The position numbers were made by a program, and so were the translations under genes. Shown in pieces: positions 51,288-59,621 of a stretch of 59,621 nucleotides of DNA. The stretch comes from Candidatus Pelagibacter sp. (GTDB lineage Bacteria; Pseudomonadota; Alphaproteobacteria; Pelagibacterales; Pelagibacteraceae). Under the pieces are notes generated by a model. The model saw only the letters and a list, made by a program, of their open reading frames with translations. It did not search any database and was not told where the DNA came from. Every line of letters begins with the position of its first letter. The first letter of the stretch is position 1. The stretch is taken from NCBI GenBank assembly GCA_016778675.1, contig JADHPA010000001.1, positions 1 to 59,621 on the forward strand. The letters run 5' to 3'.

Positions 51288-51910
51288 GGGCTTAATAACG
51301 TTCTATTCCACTCATCATTATCATCTTTAGTAAATTTAAGCCTCTCATGGATTCTGCTATTTCCATCTAACCAAAATTCAATACTTGAAGGTTCTAAAAT
51401 CCAGCCTGACCAATAATTTGGTCGTGGAACATTATTTTTATCTTTATATTTTTTTTTATAATCTTCTATCGATTTTATTAAATCATCTCTACTATCTAAT
51501 ACAGAACTTTGTTTGGAGGCCCATGCACCTATCCTACTTTCATAGCTTCTAGAATTATAATATTGGTCAGCTGTCTCATCTGTAACTTTTTTAACTATAC
51601 CATTTACTCTTACTTGTCTCAAAAGACTTTTCCAATGAAAACACATTGCTGCTTTAGGGTTTTTTTTTAATTCATTACCTTTTTGACTTTCTAAGTTAGT
51701 ATAAAAAACAAATCCTTGCTTATTAAAATCTTTTAATAAAACCATTCTTACTGAAGGAAAATTATTGAGATCAGATGTGGCCAATGCAAGGGCATTGGGA
51801 TCGTTAGACTCTGACCTTTTTGCCTCATTCATCCAAACTTCAAATAGCTTTATTGGGTCTTTAATATCTAAAAAGCAACTATTAAGTCCTAGTGAGTTTT
51901 TTTGATTCAT
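51284..51910 (-). CDS. pdxH: Pyridoxine/pyridoxamine 5'-phosphate oxidase
   Basis: PNA..LAT, RMVLLK, FYTNLESQKG, SRIGAWAS.QS and EFW....RIHER. Confidence 0.96.
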   Translation of the reverse strand: MNQKNSLGLNSCFLDIKDPIKLFEVWMNEAKRSESNDPNALALATSDLNNFPSVRMVLLKDFNKQGFVFYTNLESQKGNELKKNPKAAMCFHWKSLLRQVRVNGIVKKVTDETADQYYNSRSYESRIGAWASKQSSVLDSRDDLIKSIEDYKKKYKDKNNVPRPNYWSGWILEPSSIEFWLDGNSRIHERLKFTKDDNDEWNRTLLSP

Positions 51911-51943
51911 AATTTTAACAAAATAATCTATATAATATAGATA

Positions 51944-53026
51944 ATGTCATTTAATACTTTTGGAAAGCAATTTCGTTTCACAACATGGGGAGAATCTCAC
52001 GGTCCTGCTCTAGGGTGTGTAGTTGATGGATGTCCACCAAATATTAGTTTAAAAGAACAAGATATACAAAAAGAATTGGATAGAAGAAAACCTGGACAAT
52101 CAAAATTTACCACTCAAAGAAAAGAAGATGATAAAGTTCAAATTTTATCAGGTGTATTTGAAGGAAAAACAACAGGGGCTCCAATATCTTTAATTATTTA
52201 TAATAAAGATATGAGATCAAAAGATTACGGAAATATTAAAGATAAATTTAGACCTGGCCATGCAGATTTTACATACTTTAAAAAATATGGAATAAGAGAT
52301 TACCGTGGAGGTGGAAGATCATCAGCTAGAGAAACAGCAGCTAGAGTTGCAGCTGGTGCAATTGCGAAAAAAGTTTTGGAAAATAAATTGGGTAAGAAAT
52401 TCAAAGTTATTGGTGCTGTTACGCAGCTAGGTATACTTGGATGTGATACAACTAAATGGTCAGATAAAATTATCAATCGAAACCCTTTTTTTTGTCCTGA
52501 TAAAAATATAATAAAATTGTGGGAAAAATATTTATTGAATATAAGAAAATCAGGTTCTTCTTGTGGGGCAATTATTGAGATAAGAGCAAGAGGAGTTCCT
52601 GTTGGATTAGGTGCTCCCATATATTCTAAATTAGATATGGATATTGCTTCTGCTATGATGAGTATTAATGCTGTCAAAGGAGTTAATATTGGCTCAGGTA
52701 TGAATTCAGCTCAATTAAGTGGAGAACAAAATTCTGATGAAATTTCTCAAAAAGGAAAAAAATTAAAATTTAATTCAAATAATGCAGGAGGCATATTAGG
52801 TGGAATTTCAACTGGTCAAGAAATTATTGCATCTTTTGCTGTAAAACCAACTTCTTCTATTTTATCAACTAGAAAAACGATTGATAAATTTGGAAAAAAT
52901 ACAACTATTTCTGTTAGAGGTAGACATGATCCATGCGTTGGAATTCGAGCGGTTCCTGTTGGGGAAGCTATGATGAATTGTGTTTTATTAGATCATTACC
53001 TGATGAATAAAGCTCAGTGTGGATAG
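51944..53026 (+). CDS. aroC: Chorismate synthase
   Basis: [35 protein letters not shown] and GRHDPC. Confidence 0.98.
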   Translation: MSFNTFGKQFRFTTWGESHGPALGCVVDGCPPNISLKEQDIQKELDRRKPGQSKFTTQRKEDDKVQILSGVFEGKTTGAPISLIIYNKDMRSKDYGNIKDKFRPGHADFTYFKKYGIRDYRGGGRSSARETAARVAAGAIAKKVLENKLGKKFKVIGAVTQLGILGCDTTKWSDKIINRNPFFCPDKNIIKLWEKYLLNIRKSGSSCGAIIEIRARGVPVGLGAPIYSKLDMDIASAMMSINAVKGVNIGSGMNSAQLSGEQNSDEISQKGKKLKFNSNNAGGILGGISTGQEIIASFAVKPTSSILSTRKTIDKFGKNTTISVRGRHDPCVGIRAVPVGEAMMNCVLLDHYLMNKAQCG

Positions 53027-53034
53027 TTCTTATT

Positions 53035-54951
53035 TTAATTTTTAACTACTTTAATTGACTCTTTAACAAAAAGAACATCATGTATCTTTTTTGAAATTTG
53101 TGAAGCATTTAAACCAGCAACATCATACATTTTTTTTGGATCATCTTGTTCTATAAAAATATCTGGTAATGTCATTGATCTAAATTTCAAACCTTTATCA
53201 AATATTCCTTTCTCTGCTAATAAATTTTTAACATGAGAACCAAAACCACCAATTGAACCTTCTTCTATAGTTATCATCAAATCGTGTTCTCTAGCACATT
53301 TTAAAATAAGTTCTTGATCTAAAGGTTTTGCAAATCTTGCATCAATGATTGTGGGGTTAATGCCTTTAATTTTAAGCTCCTCTGCTGCAATTTTACACTC
53401 CTCCAACCTAGTTCCTAAAGACAAAATACAAACTTGTTTTCCATTTTGAATAACTCTTCCCTTACCTATTTCTAAAGTTTCATCTATAGATGGAAGCTCA
53501 AGACCAACTCCAGTTCCTCTAGGATATCTAATTGCAGATGGCTTATCATTAATGTGTACTGAGGTATTGATCATTTTTATAAATTCAGACTCATCACTAG
53601 GAGCCATTACTATAAAATTTGGTAAGGTTGATAAATAAGTAATATCAAAAGAACCTGCATGTGTAGATCCATCTGCTCCCACTAAACCAGCTCTATCTAT
53701 AGCAAATCTTACTGGCAAACTTTGTATTGCTACATCATGAACAACTTGATCGTACGCTCTTTGTAAAAAAGTTGAATAAATTGCAACATAGGGTTTATAA
53801 TTTTCCGTTGATAAACCAGCAGCAAAAGTAACCGCATGTTGTTCTGCTATTCCAACGTCAAACATTCTCTTTGGAAATTGTTTTGCAAAAATATCCATGC
53901 CTGTGCCTCCTGGCATTGCTGCTGTAATACCAACTATCTTGCTATCCTTTTCAGCATGTTTGACTAGAGTATTTGCAAACACCTTTGTATAAGCTGGAAG
54001 ATTTACACCACTTTTTACTTGTTCACCTGTAACTACATTAAATTTGGAAACACCATGATAATGATCACTTGCTTTTTCAGCAAATGAATATCCTTTTCCT
54101 TTTTGCGTTTTAACATGAATCATAATTGGTCCTTGATGCTTAGAGTCTCTTGCATTTTTTAAAATTGGAACAAGTGTATCCAGATCGTGTCCATCAATTG
54201 GACCAACATAGTAAAATCCCAGTGAATTAAATAGTGTTCCTCCTGTAACAGCTGAACGTAAAAAATCCTCAGCTTTACCTGCATTTGCACTAAATCTTTT
54301 AGAAAAGGCTGAAGTAATTAATTTAAAAGTCTCTCTTAAGCTAAAATATATTTTACCAGAAAATAATTTTGCTAAATAAGTTCTCATTGCTCCTACAGGT
54401 TTAGCGATCGACATGTCATTATCATTTAAGACTACTATCATTTTAGTTTTTGAGGCCCCAGCATTATTCATTGCCTCATAAGCCATTCCTGCACTAATTG
54501 CACCATCACCAATAACTGCAATTACATTATTTGACTTGTTAGATAGCTTGTTTGCCTCAGCTATTCCTAGCGCTGATGAAATAGATGTTGAGCTGTGAGC
54601 TGCTCCAAATGGATCGTATTCACTCTCTGATCTTTTAGTAAAACCTGATAAACCATTTCCTTGTCTTAAAGTTTTAATCTTTGACTTTCTACCAGTTAAA
54701 ATTTTATGAGGGTATGTTTGGTGACCTACATCCCATATTAATTTATCATTTGGTGTATCAAATACATAATGTAAGGCTACAGTTAGTTCTACAACACCTA
54801 GTCCAGCACCCAAATGTCCACCAGTTTGAGAAACTGCGCTTATCATCTCTGCTCTTACTTCATTAGATAAATCTTGAAGTTGACTCTCAGAAAGTTTCCT
54901 TAAGTCTGCTGGAAAATTAATTTCTTTTAAATATTTATAATCTTCAATCAT
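53035..54951 (-). CDS. dxs: 1-deoxy-D-xylulose-5-phosphate synthase
   Basis: [40 protein letters not shown] and [12 protein letters not shown]. Confidence 0.98.
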   Translation of the reverse strand: MIEDYKYLKEINFPADLRKLSESQLQDLSNEVRAEMISAVSQTGGHLGAGLGVVELTVALHYVFDTPNDKLIWDVGHQTYPHKILTGRKSKIKTLRQGNGLSGFTKRSESEYDPFGAAHSSTSISSALGIAEANKLSNKSNNVIAVIGDGAISAGMAYEAMNNAGASKTKMIVVLNDNDMSIAKPVGAMRTYLAKLFSGKIYFSLRETFKLITSAFSKRFSANAGKAEDFLRSAVTGGTLFNSLGFYYVGPIDGHDLDTLVPILKNARDSKHQGPIMIHVKTQKGKGYSFAEKASDHYHGVSKFNVVTGEQVKSGVNLPAYTKVFANTLVKHAEKDSKIVGITAAMPGGTGMDIFAKQFPKRMFDVGIAEQHAVTFAAGLSTENYKPYVAIYSTFLQRAYDQVVHDVAIQSLPVRFAIDRAGLVGADGSTHAGSFDITYLSTLPNFIVMAPSDESEFIKMINTSVHINDKPSAIRYPRGTGVGLELPSIDETLEIGKGRVIQNGKQVCILSLGTRLEECKIAAEELKIKGINPTIIDARFAKPLDQELILKCAREHDLMITIEEGSIGGFGSHVKNLLAEKGIFDKGLKFRSMTLPDIFIEQDDPKKMYDVAGLNASQISKKIHDVLFVKESIKVVKN

Positions 54952-55820
54952 TTATTTCTTTTTAAAATATAATTCAGTGTCTCATTTAAATTATTTGATT
55001 TAAAATTATGTCTATCTAAATCACTAATTATCTTAAATTTAATATTTTCACTATATTTAATAGCATTTTTGTATCCAAGTAAACTGATTAAGGTTGCCTT
55101 ACCTTTTTTTTTATCTTTACCTGTTTTTTTTCCAGCAACTTTGGAAGATCCTTGATAATCGATTACATCGTCTGCTATCTGAAATAAGAGACCAACATTA
55201 GAACCAATTTTGTCAAAAAAATTTATTTCTTTTGCTGATCTATTTTTTATTATTGGAGCAACAGAACAGCAGAAACTAAATAATTTTCCAGTCTTTTTTA
55301 CTTCCATATTTATAATCTTATTTTTTGAAACTTTTTTTTTTTCAAAATTTAAATCTAAATATTGTCCTCCTGCTATTCCTAAATGACCAGAACATTCAGA
55401 TAATCTTTTAATTAAAGACAATTTACTACTTTCACTTATTTTTAAATAAGAGCTGCTTAAAATTTCGAAAGCCATTGTTAAAAGTGAATTGCCTGCAAGA
55501 ACTGCTGTAGCCTCACCAAATTTAATGTGTGTTGAGGGCTTACCTCTTCTTAAAGTGTCATTATCCATACAGGGTAAATCATCATGAATTAATGAGTATG
55601 CATGTATACATTCTACTGCTGCACCAATAGCAATTAATGTCTGATATTTAATCTTAAATATAGAACCAATATCTAATAAGATTTTTGACCTAATCTTTTT
55701 TCCACCAGGAAATAAGCCATATTTCATTGCAGGAATTAATTCAGTTTTTTGTTGTTTGGTAATAAATTTTTGTAAAAATATATTTGTATCTTTTGCTATT
55801 TCTTTAAGCTTATTTCTCAT
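54948..55820 (-). CDS. ispA: Farnesyl diphosphate synthase
   Basis: [39 protein letters not shown] and FQIADDVID. Confidence 0.93.
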   Translation of the reverse strand: MRNKLKEIAKDTNIFLQKFITKQQKTELIPAMKYGLFPGGKKIRSKILLDIGSIFKIKYQTLIAIGAAVECIHAYSLIHDDLPCMDNDTLRRGKPSTHIKFGEATAVLAGNSLLTMAFEILSSSYLKISESSKLSLIKRLSECSGHLGIAGGQYLDLNFEKKKVSKNKIINMEVKKTGKLFSFCCSVAPIIKNRSAKEINFFDKIGSNVGLLFQIADDVIDYQGSSKVAGKKTGKDKKKGKATLISLLGYKNAIKYSENIKFKIISDLDRHNFKSNNLNETLNYILKRNK

Positions 55821-56055
55821 TTTTTTTTGTTAATATTTTATTAATTCTATTTTTTGTTTCTTCATTAATTTTCTTATTGTCCTTATGAAATTTTTTTTCA
55901 ATAATATTATTTAATCTTAACAACTTTTGATAATCATCTATAGAATTTTCCAGATCTTTTTTTTTTTCTAGATATTCAATAATTTTATTTGCTTCAATTG
56001 TTAATTCTTCTAAAGAACCAGGGATATTATCAAGTGGTAAATTTTTATCTTTCAT
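55810..56055 (-). CDS. xseB: Probable exodeoxyribonuclease VII small subunit (divergent)
   Basis: Canonical xseB-ispA-dxs order. SLEEL...IIEYLE...LENSIDDY resembles the XseB pattern. ATG 56055 preferred. Confidence 0.55.
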   Translation of the reverse strand: MKDKNLPLDNIPGSLEELTIEANKIIEYLEKKKDLENSIDDYQKLLRLNNIIEKKFHKDNKKINEETKNRINKILTKKNEK

Positions 56056-56075
56056 ATAATAATAATTATTAATAT

Positions 56076-57008
56076 ATGAAAACTTATCAATCAAAAATCA
56101 AAAAAGCGAAAAATTATCTTGATAATCATTATTGCATAGGTGTCCCTACAGAAACTGTCTATGGATTAGCGGCCAACGCATACTCTAATAATGCAGTTAA
56201 AAATATATATAAATTGAAAAAAAGACCAAAATCTAACCCCTTAATTGTTCACTATCACAGTATCAAAGACTTAAAAAAAGATTGTTTGTTAAATGATAGT
56301 TTTATCAAATTGTATAAAAAATTCTCTCCTGGGCCGATTACATATGTCTTAGATTTAAAAAGAAATTCCAAAATTTCTAAAATGGTTACTAACAAAAAAT
56401 CTAATTTAGCAGTAAGATTTCCTAAACATAAAATCTTTAGAAAATTATTAAAAGAGCTTGATTACCCAATAGCTGCTCCTAGTGCAAATATTTCAACAAA
56501 AGTAAGCGCTGTGCAGAGTTCAGATATTGTAGAGGATTTTGGAAATAAAGTTAAATATATTTTAGATGGAGGTCAATGTAAAATAGGTATAGAGTCAACA
56601 ATAATTGATTTAAGAGATAAACCAAAAATACTTAGATTGGGTGGCCTAGAAATTTCTAAAATAGAAAAAGTTTTGTCTAAGAAAATTAAAATAAGTATTA
56701 ATCCTAAAAAAAAAATTTCTCCTGGCCAATCTAAAATTCACTATTCACCTGGTATTCCACTAAAAATGAATATTAAAAAAACTAAAATTGATGAGGCATA
56801 TATTTTAATAAAAAAAAGAAAAAATCATTTATCTAATTATTTTTATCTGAGTAAAAAAGGAGATTTGAATGAAGCTACTAAAAACCTTTATTCCTGTTTA
56901 AGAAAAATAAAAAACAAAGGTTATAAATCAATTGCAGTAGAAAAAATTCCTAATGTGGCTCTTGGAAAAACAATTAATGACAGATTAATTCGAGCCTCTA
57001 AATTTTGA
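56076..57008 (+). CDS. tsaC: L-threonylcarbamoyladenylate synthase (Sua5 type)
   Basis: PTETVYGLAA, K.RP..NPLIVH, PGP.T, AAPSAN.S, GIESTIID and the Sua5 linker SPGQ...HYSP. Confidence 0.93.
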   Translation: MKTYQSKIKKAKNYLDNHYCIGVPTETVYGLAANAYSNNAVKNIYKLKKRPKSNPLIVHYHSIKDLKKDCLLNDSFIKLYKKFSPGPITYVLDLKRNSKISKMVTNKKSNLAVRFPKHKIFRKLLKELDYPIAAPSANISTKVSAVQSSDIVEDFGNKVKYILDGGQCKIGIESTIIDLRDKPKILRLGGLEISKIEKVLSKKIKISINPKKKISPGQSKIHYSPGIPLKMNIKKTKIDEAYILIKKRKNHLSNYFYLSKKGDLNEATKNLYSCLRKIKNKGYKSIAVEKIPNVALGKTINDRLIRASKF

Positions 57009-57151
57009 TTAAAAAAAACCAATTGAACTAATCAATTTTTTAAAATTATATAAAAATAAAATGATAGTTGATAAAATTAATTTTGAAGCTAAGCAAATGA
57101 GATTGTTGGTTTACTTTGACTAAATAGATGTAGTAAAATAACAACAATAAT

Positions 57152-57228
57152 TGGTGCGCCTGCTAGGAGTCGAACCCAGAACCTCCTGATCCGAAGTCAG
57201 GCGCTCTATCCAGTTGAGCTACAAGCGC
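57152..57228 (-). tRNA. tRNA-Arg(UCG)
   Basis: GCGCTTGTAGCTCAACTGGATAGAGCGCCTGACTTCGGATCAGGAGGTTCTGGGTTCGACTCCTAGCAGGCGCACCA, 77 nt. It forms a full cloverleaf with anticodon TCG and encoded CCA. Confidence 0.96.
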
Positions 57229-57251
57229 GTATAGTATTAATATTATATTTT

Positions 57252-58232
57252 ATGGAAAAAAACATTAATTTAATAGTTAAAGAAGATGAAAACAACCTCA
57301 GGCTTGATGTATTTATTAATAAACGTGAAAATTTGATTAGCAGAACAAGAATTAAAAATTTAATACTGAAAGAAAAATTAAAGCTAAATAATAAGATTGT
57401 TAATAGCCCATCCAAAAAAGTACTAATTGGTGATAAAATAACCCTTCAAATTCCTGAACCAAAAGAAGCTTCATTAAAACCTTATAATTTTAAATTAGAA
57501 ATCATTTATGAAGATAGTGACCTTCTTGTAATAAATAAACCAGCTGGAATTATTATGCATCCAGGAGCAGGTAATTATGATGAGACAATTGTAAATGCTC
57601 TAATGCATTATAATAAAGACTCTTTATCTACAATTGGTGATGAACTGCGCCCTGGTATCGTTCATAGAATAGATAAGGACACTTCTGGATTAATTGTTAT
57701 TGCAAAAAACAATGAAACACATGAAAATTTATCCCATCAATTTAGCAAACATTCAATTACCAGAGTTTACCAACTTTTAATCTGGGGAAAACTTAGACCT
57801 TCGTCTGGAAAAATTGATACGTTTATCACTCGAAGTTCAAAAAATAGACAAATGATGGAAGTAAGTAATTCTAAAGGTAAAAGAGCAATTACAAATTATA
57901 AAACTATTGAAGTTTTTGAAAATGACAAAACGCCTACATTAAGTTTTGTTGAATGTAGATTAGAAACTGGACGCACGCACCAAATAAGAGTTCACATGAC
58001 TCACATGGGTAATAGCATTATGGGTGATGGAAAATATAAAAAAAAATATAAAAAACTTAAAAATATTGACACAAATTTAGAAAATTTAATTTGTAAATTA
58101 AACAGACAATTTCTACATGCTCAAACGTTAGGTTTTATTCACCCAAAAACTAATGAGGAGATGGTCTTTACCTCAATTTTGCCACAAGAACTTGAAAATA
58201 TTCTAACATTGCTTAGAAATACTAGTAAATAA
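57252..58232 (+). CDS. rluD: 23S rRNA pseudouridine synthase RluD
   Basis: S4 domain RLD, YEDSDLLVINKPAG, RPGIVHRIDKDTSG, LETGRTHQIRVH and RQFLHA. Confidence 0.93.
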   Translation: MEKNINLIVKEDENNLRLDVFINKRENLISRTRIKNLILKEKLKLNNKIVNSPSKKVLIGDKITLQIPEPKEASLKPYNFKLEIIYEDSDLLVINKPAGIIMHPGAGNYDETIVNALMHYNKDSLSTIGDELRPGIVHRIDKDTSGLIVIAKNNETHENLSHQFSKHSITRVYQLLIWGKLRPSSGKIDTFITRSSKNRQMMEVSNSKGKRAITNYKTIEVFENDKTPTLSFVECRLETGRTHQIRVHMTHMGNSIMGDGKYKKKYKKLKNIDTNLENLICKLNRQFLHAQTLGFIHPKTNEEMVFTSILPQELENILTLLRNTSK

Positions 58233-58235
58233 AGT

Positions 58236-58264
58236 CTTGAAATAATATCACGGTCAACTAAATA
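58236..58264 (+). promoter_or_regulatory. Possible sigma32-type promoter of rpoH
   Basis: CTTGAA-N15-ACTAAAT, resembling the alphaproteobacterial RpoH consensus CTTGAA-N15/16-CCTATAT. Confidence 0.4.
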
Positions 58265-58274
58265 AATACTAAAC

Positions 58275-59168
58275 ATGAGCACTACTATGAATAACAACCT
58301 GCCAACGCTTTCTAACGAAGGTGGTTTATCCGCTTATCTTGAGCAGATTAAAAAGTTTCCTATGCTTGAGGCTGAAGAAGAATATATGTTAGCAAAAAAT
58401 TGGAAGGCAACAGGAAATATAAAATCTGCAGAAAAGTTAGTAACAAGTCATCTTAGACTTGTTGCAAAAATTGCAATGGGATACCGAGGATATGGTCTTC
58501 CAGTAAATGAAATGATTTCTGAAGGAAATGTAGGATTAATGCAAGCTGTAAAGAAATTTGAACCAGAAAAAGGTTTTAGATTGGCTACATATGCAATGTG
58601 GTGGATCAAAGCATCTATACAAGAATATATATTAAGATCTTGGAGCCTAGTAAAAATAGGAACAACAACTGCTCAAAAAAAATTATTTTTTAATCTAAAA
58701 AAAATTAAAAATCAAATTGCACCTCAATCTGAAGGTGATTTAAGACCAGAACATGTAAATGAAATAGCAAATAAACTTGATGTTAGTAAAGATGAAGTAG
58801 TTTCAATGAATAGAAGACTGTCAGGTAAAGAATTTTCTCTTAATGCTCAAGTTGGTGAGGATGGAGATGAGTGGCAGGATTGGTTGGTTGATAAAGAATT
58901 AGATCATGATTTAAAATTTGCTCATCAAGAAGAGATGGTTCAAAGACAAGGTTTGTTGAAAGACTCCATAAAAATATTAAATGAAAGAGAAAGAGAAATT
59001 TTATATTCAAGAAGATTAAATGATGAACCTACTACACTGGAAGACTTAAGTAAAAAGTATAAAATTAGTAGAGAAAGAATTAGACAAATTGAGAATAAAG
59101 CTTTTGAGAAACTTCAAAAACATATGCTGTTATCTGCTAAATCAAAAAATTTACTACCTGTTAACTAA
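58275..59168 (+). CDS. rpoH: RNA polymerase sigma-32 factor
   Basis: [19 protein letters not shown], RpoH box AQKKLFFNL and SRERIRQIE; canonical rluD-rpoH order. Confidence 0.97.
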   Translation: MSTTMNNNLPTLSNEGGLSAYLEQIKKFPMLEAEEEYMLAKNWKATGNIKSAEKLVTSHLRLVAKIAMGYRGYGLPVNEMISEGNVGLMQAVKKFEPEKGFRLATYAMWWIKASIQEYILRSWSLVKIGTTTAQKKLFFNLKKIKNQIAPQSEGDLRPEHVNEIANKLDVSKDEVVSMNRRLSGKEFSLNAQVGEDGDEWQDWLVDKELDHDLKFAHQEEMVQRQGLLKDSIKILNEREREILYSRRLNDEPTTLEDLSKKYKISRERIRQIENKAFEKLQKHMLLSAKSKNLLPVN

Positions 59169-59621
59169 ACTTCAAAAGGATTTTCTAAAAGAATAGTGTC
59201 TTCTCGTTCAGGGCTTGTCGAAATACTTGAAACCTTAGTTCCAATAAAGTCCTCTAGCTCATAAATATATTTTTTTGCATTCTCGGGTAAAGCCTCAATA
59301 TTTTTTATTCCTTGAGTAGAGCTTTTCCATCCAGGAAAAGTTTTATAAATTGGTTTTATTTTTAGTTGATCCTCAACAGCTGCAGGCAAATAATCCATTT
59401 TTTTTCCATCCAATTCGTACTCAACACACATTTTAATTTCATCTAATTCATCTAAAACATCTAATTTAGTCAGTGCAATACCATCTATTCCTGAAATTTT
59501 AATTGTTTGTCTTACTAAGACCCCATCAAACCAACCACATCTTCTTTTTCTGCTTGTAACAGTACCAAATTCCTTTCCTCTTGACCCAAGTAATTCTCCA
59601 ATATCATCAGTTAGTTCAGTG
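59165..59621 (-). CDS. purA: Adenylosuccinate synthetase, C-terminal part (5' end outside the window)
   Basis: The frame extends upstream of the listed ORF: [32 protein letters not shown]...LTKLDVLD...PIYKTFPGW...ISTSPER. Confidence 0.96.
   Translation of the reverse strand, partial: TELTDDIGELLGSRGKEFGTVTSRKRRCGWFDGVLVRQTIKISGIDGIALTKLDVLDELDEIKMCVEYELDGKKMDYLPAAVEDQLKIKPIYKTFPGWKSSTQGIKNIEALPENAKKYIYELEDFIGTKVSSISTSPEREDTILLENPFEV

Noticed and set aside
57009-57151. Integration remnant at the tRNA 3' end, or a 20-codon ORF (57061-57123, MIVDKINFEAKQMRLLVYFD)
   Set aside because: I saw no duplicated tRNA 3' end or integrase. The ORF has no SD or motif support, and the region holds only an imperfect AT-rich hairpin (57102-57148).
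36967-57415. ORFs 36967-37230, 38974-39156, 41244-41429, 46043-46255, 47174-47374, 49161-49346, 49343-49528, 52300-52677, 54681-54866 and 57206-57415
   Set aside because: Antisense shadows of conserved genes; 57206-57415 also overlaps the tRNA.
1-59621. Prophage, IS element, CRISPR array, defence system or genomic island
   Set aside because: Nearly all DNA is accounted for by housekeeping-type genes of uniform composition; no transposase, integrase, nuclease cassette or repeat-spacer array was seen.

Overview
Very AT-rich, extremely compact alphaproteobacterial chromosome segment, with many 0-20 bp gaps and overlapping genes. It is almost certainly SAR11 / Candidatus Pelagibacter: it has proteorhodopsin next to fdx-fnr-gst-dksA, a tandem glycine riboswitch before gcvTHP, CBS-less GuaB and umuDC. 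It is mostly core genome: about 55 protein genes, one tRNA-Arg(UCG), one glycine riboswitch, several hairpins and two alpha-type LexA boxes. I see no CRISPR array, prophage, integrase or IS element. The best leads are: (1) a ufaD/ufaO/ufaM-like furan fatty acid gene trio directly downstream of, and possibly co-transcribed with, glycine-riboswitch-controlled gcvTHP; (2) a complete pyroglutamate uptake and catabolism cluster (TRAP plus divergently split pxpBC/pxpA); (3) a motif shared in mirror image by the leaders of proteorhodopsin and prpE; (4) a signal-dense SOUL/umuD intergenic region with a DnaA box, tandem repeats and an SOS box; (5) an rRNA-like stringent promoter for dksA; (6) a UCG-anticodon tRNA-Arg. 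glyS is split by a 1-nt homopolymer frameshift that is probably an assembly error. All calls come from motif recognition by eye; no database searches were run.
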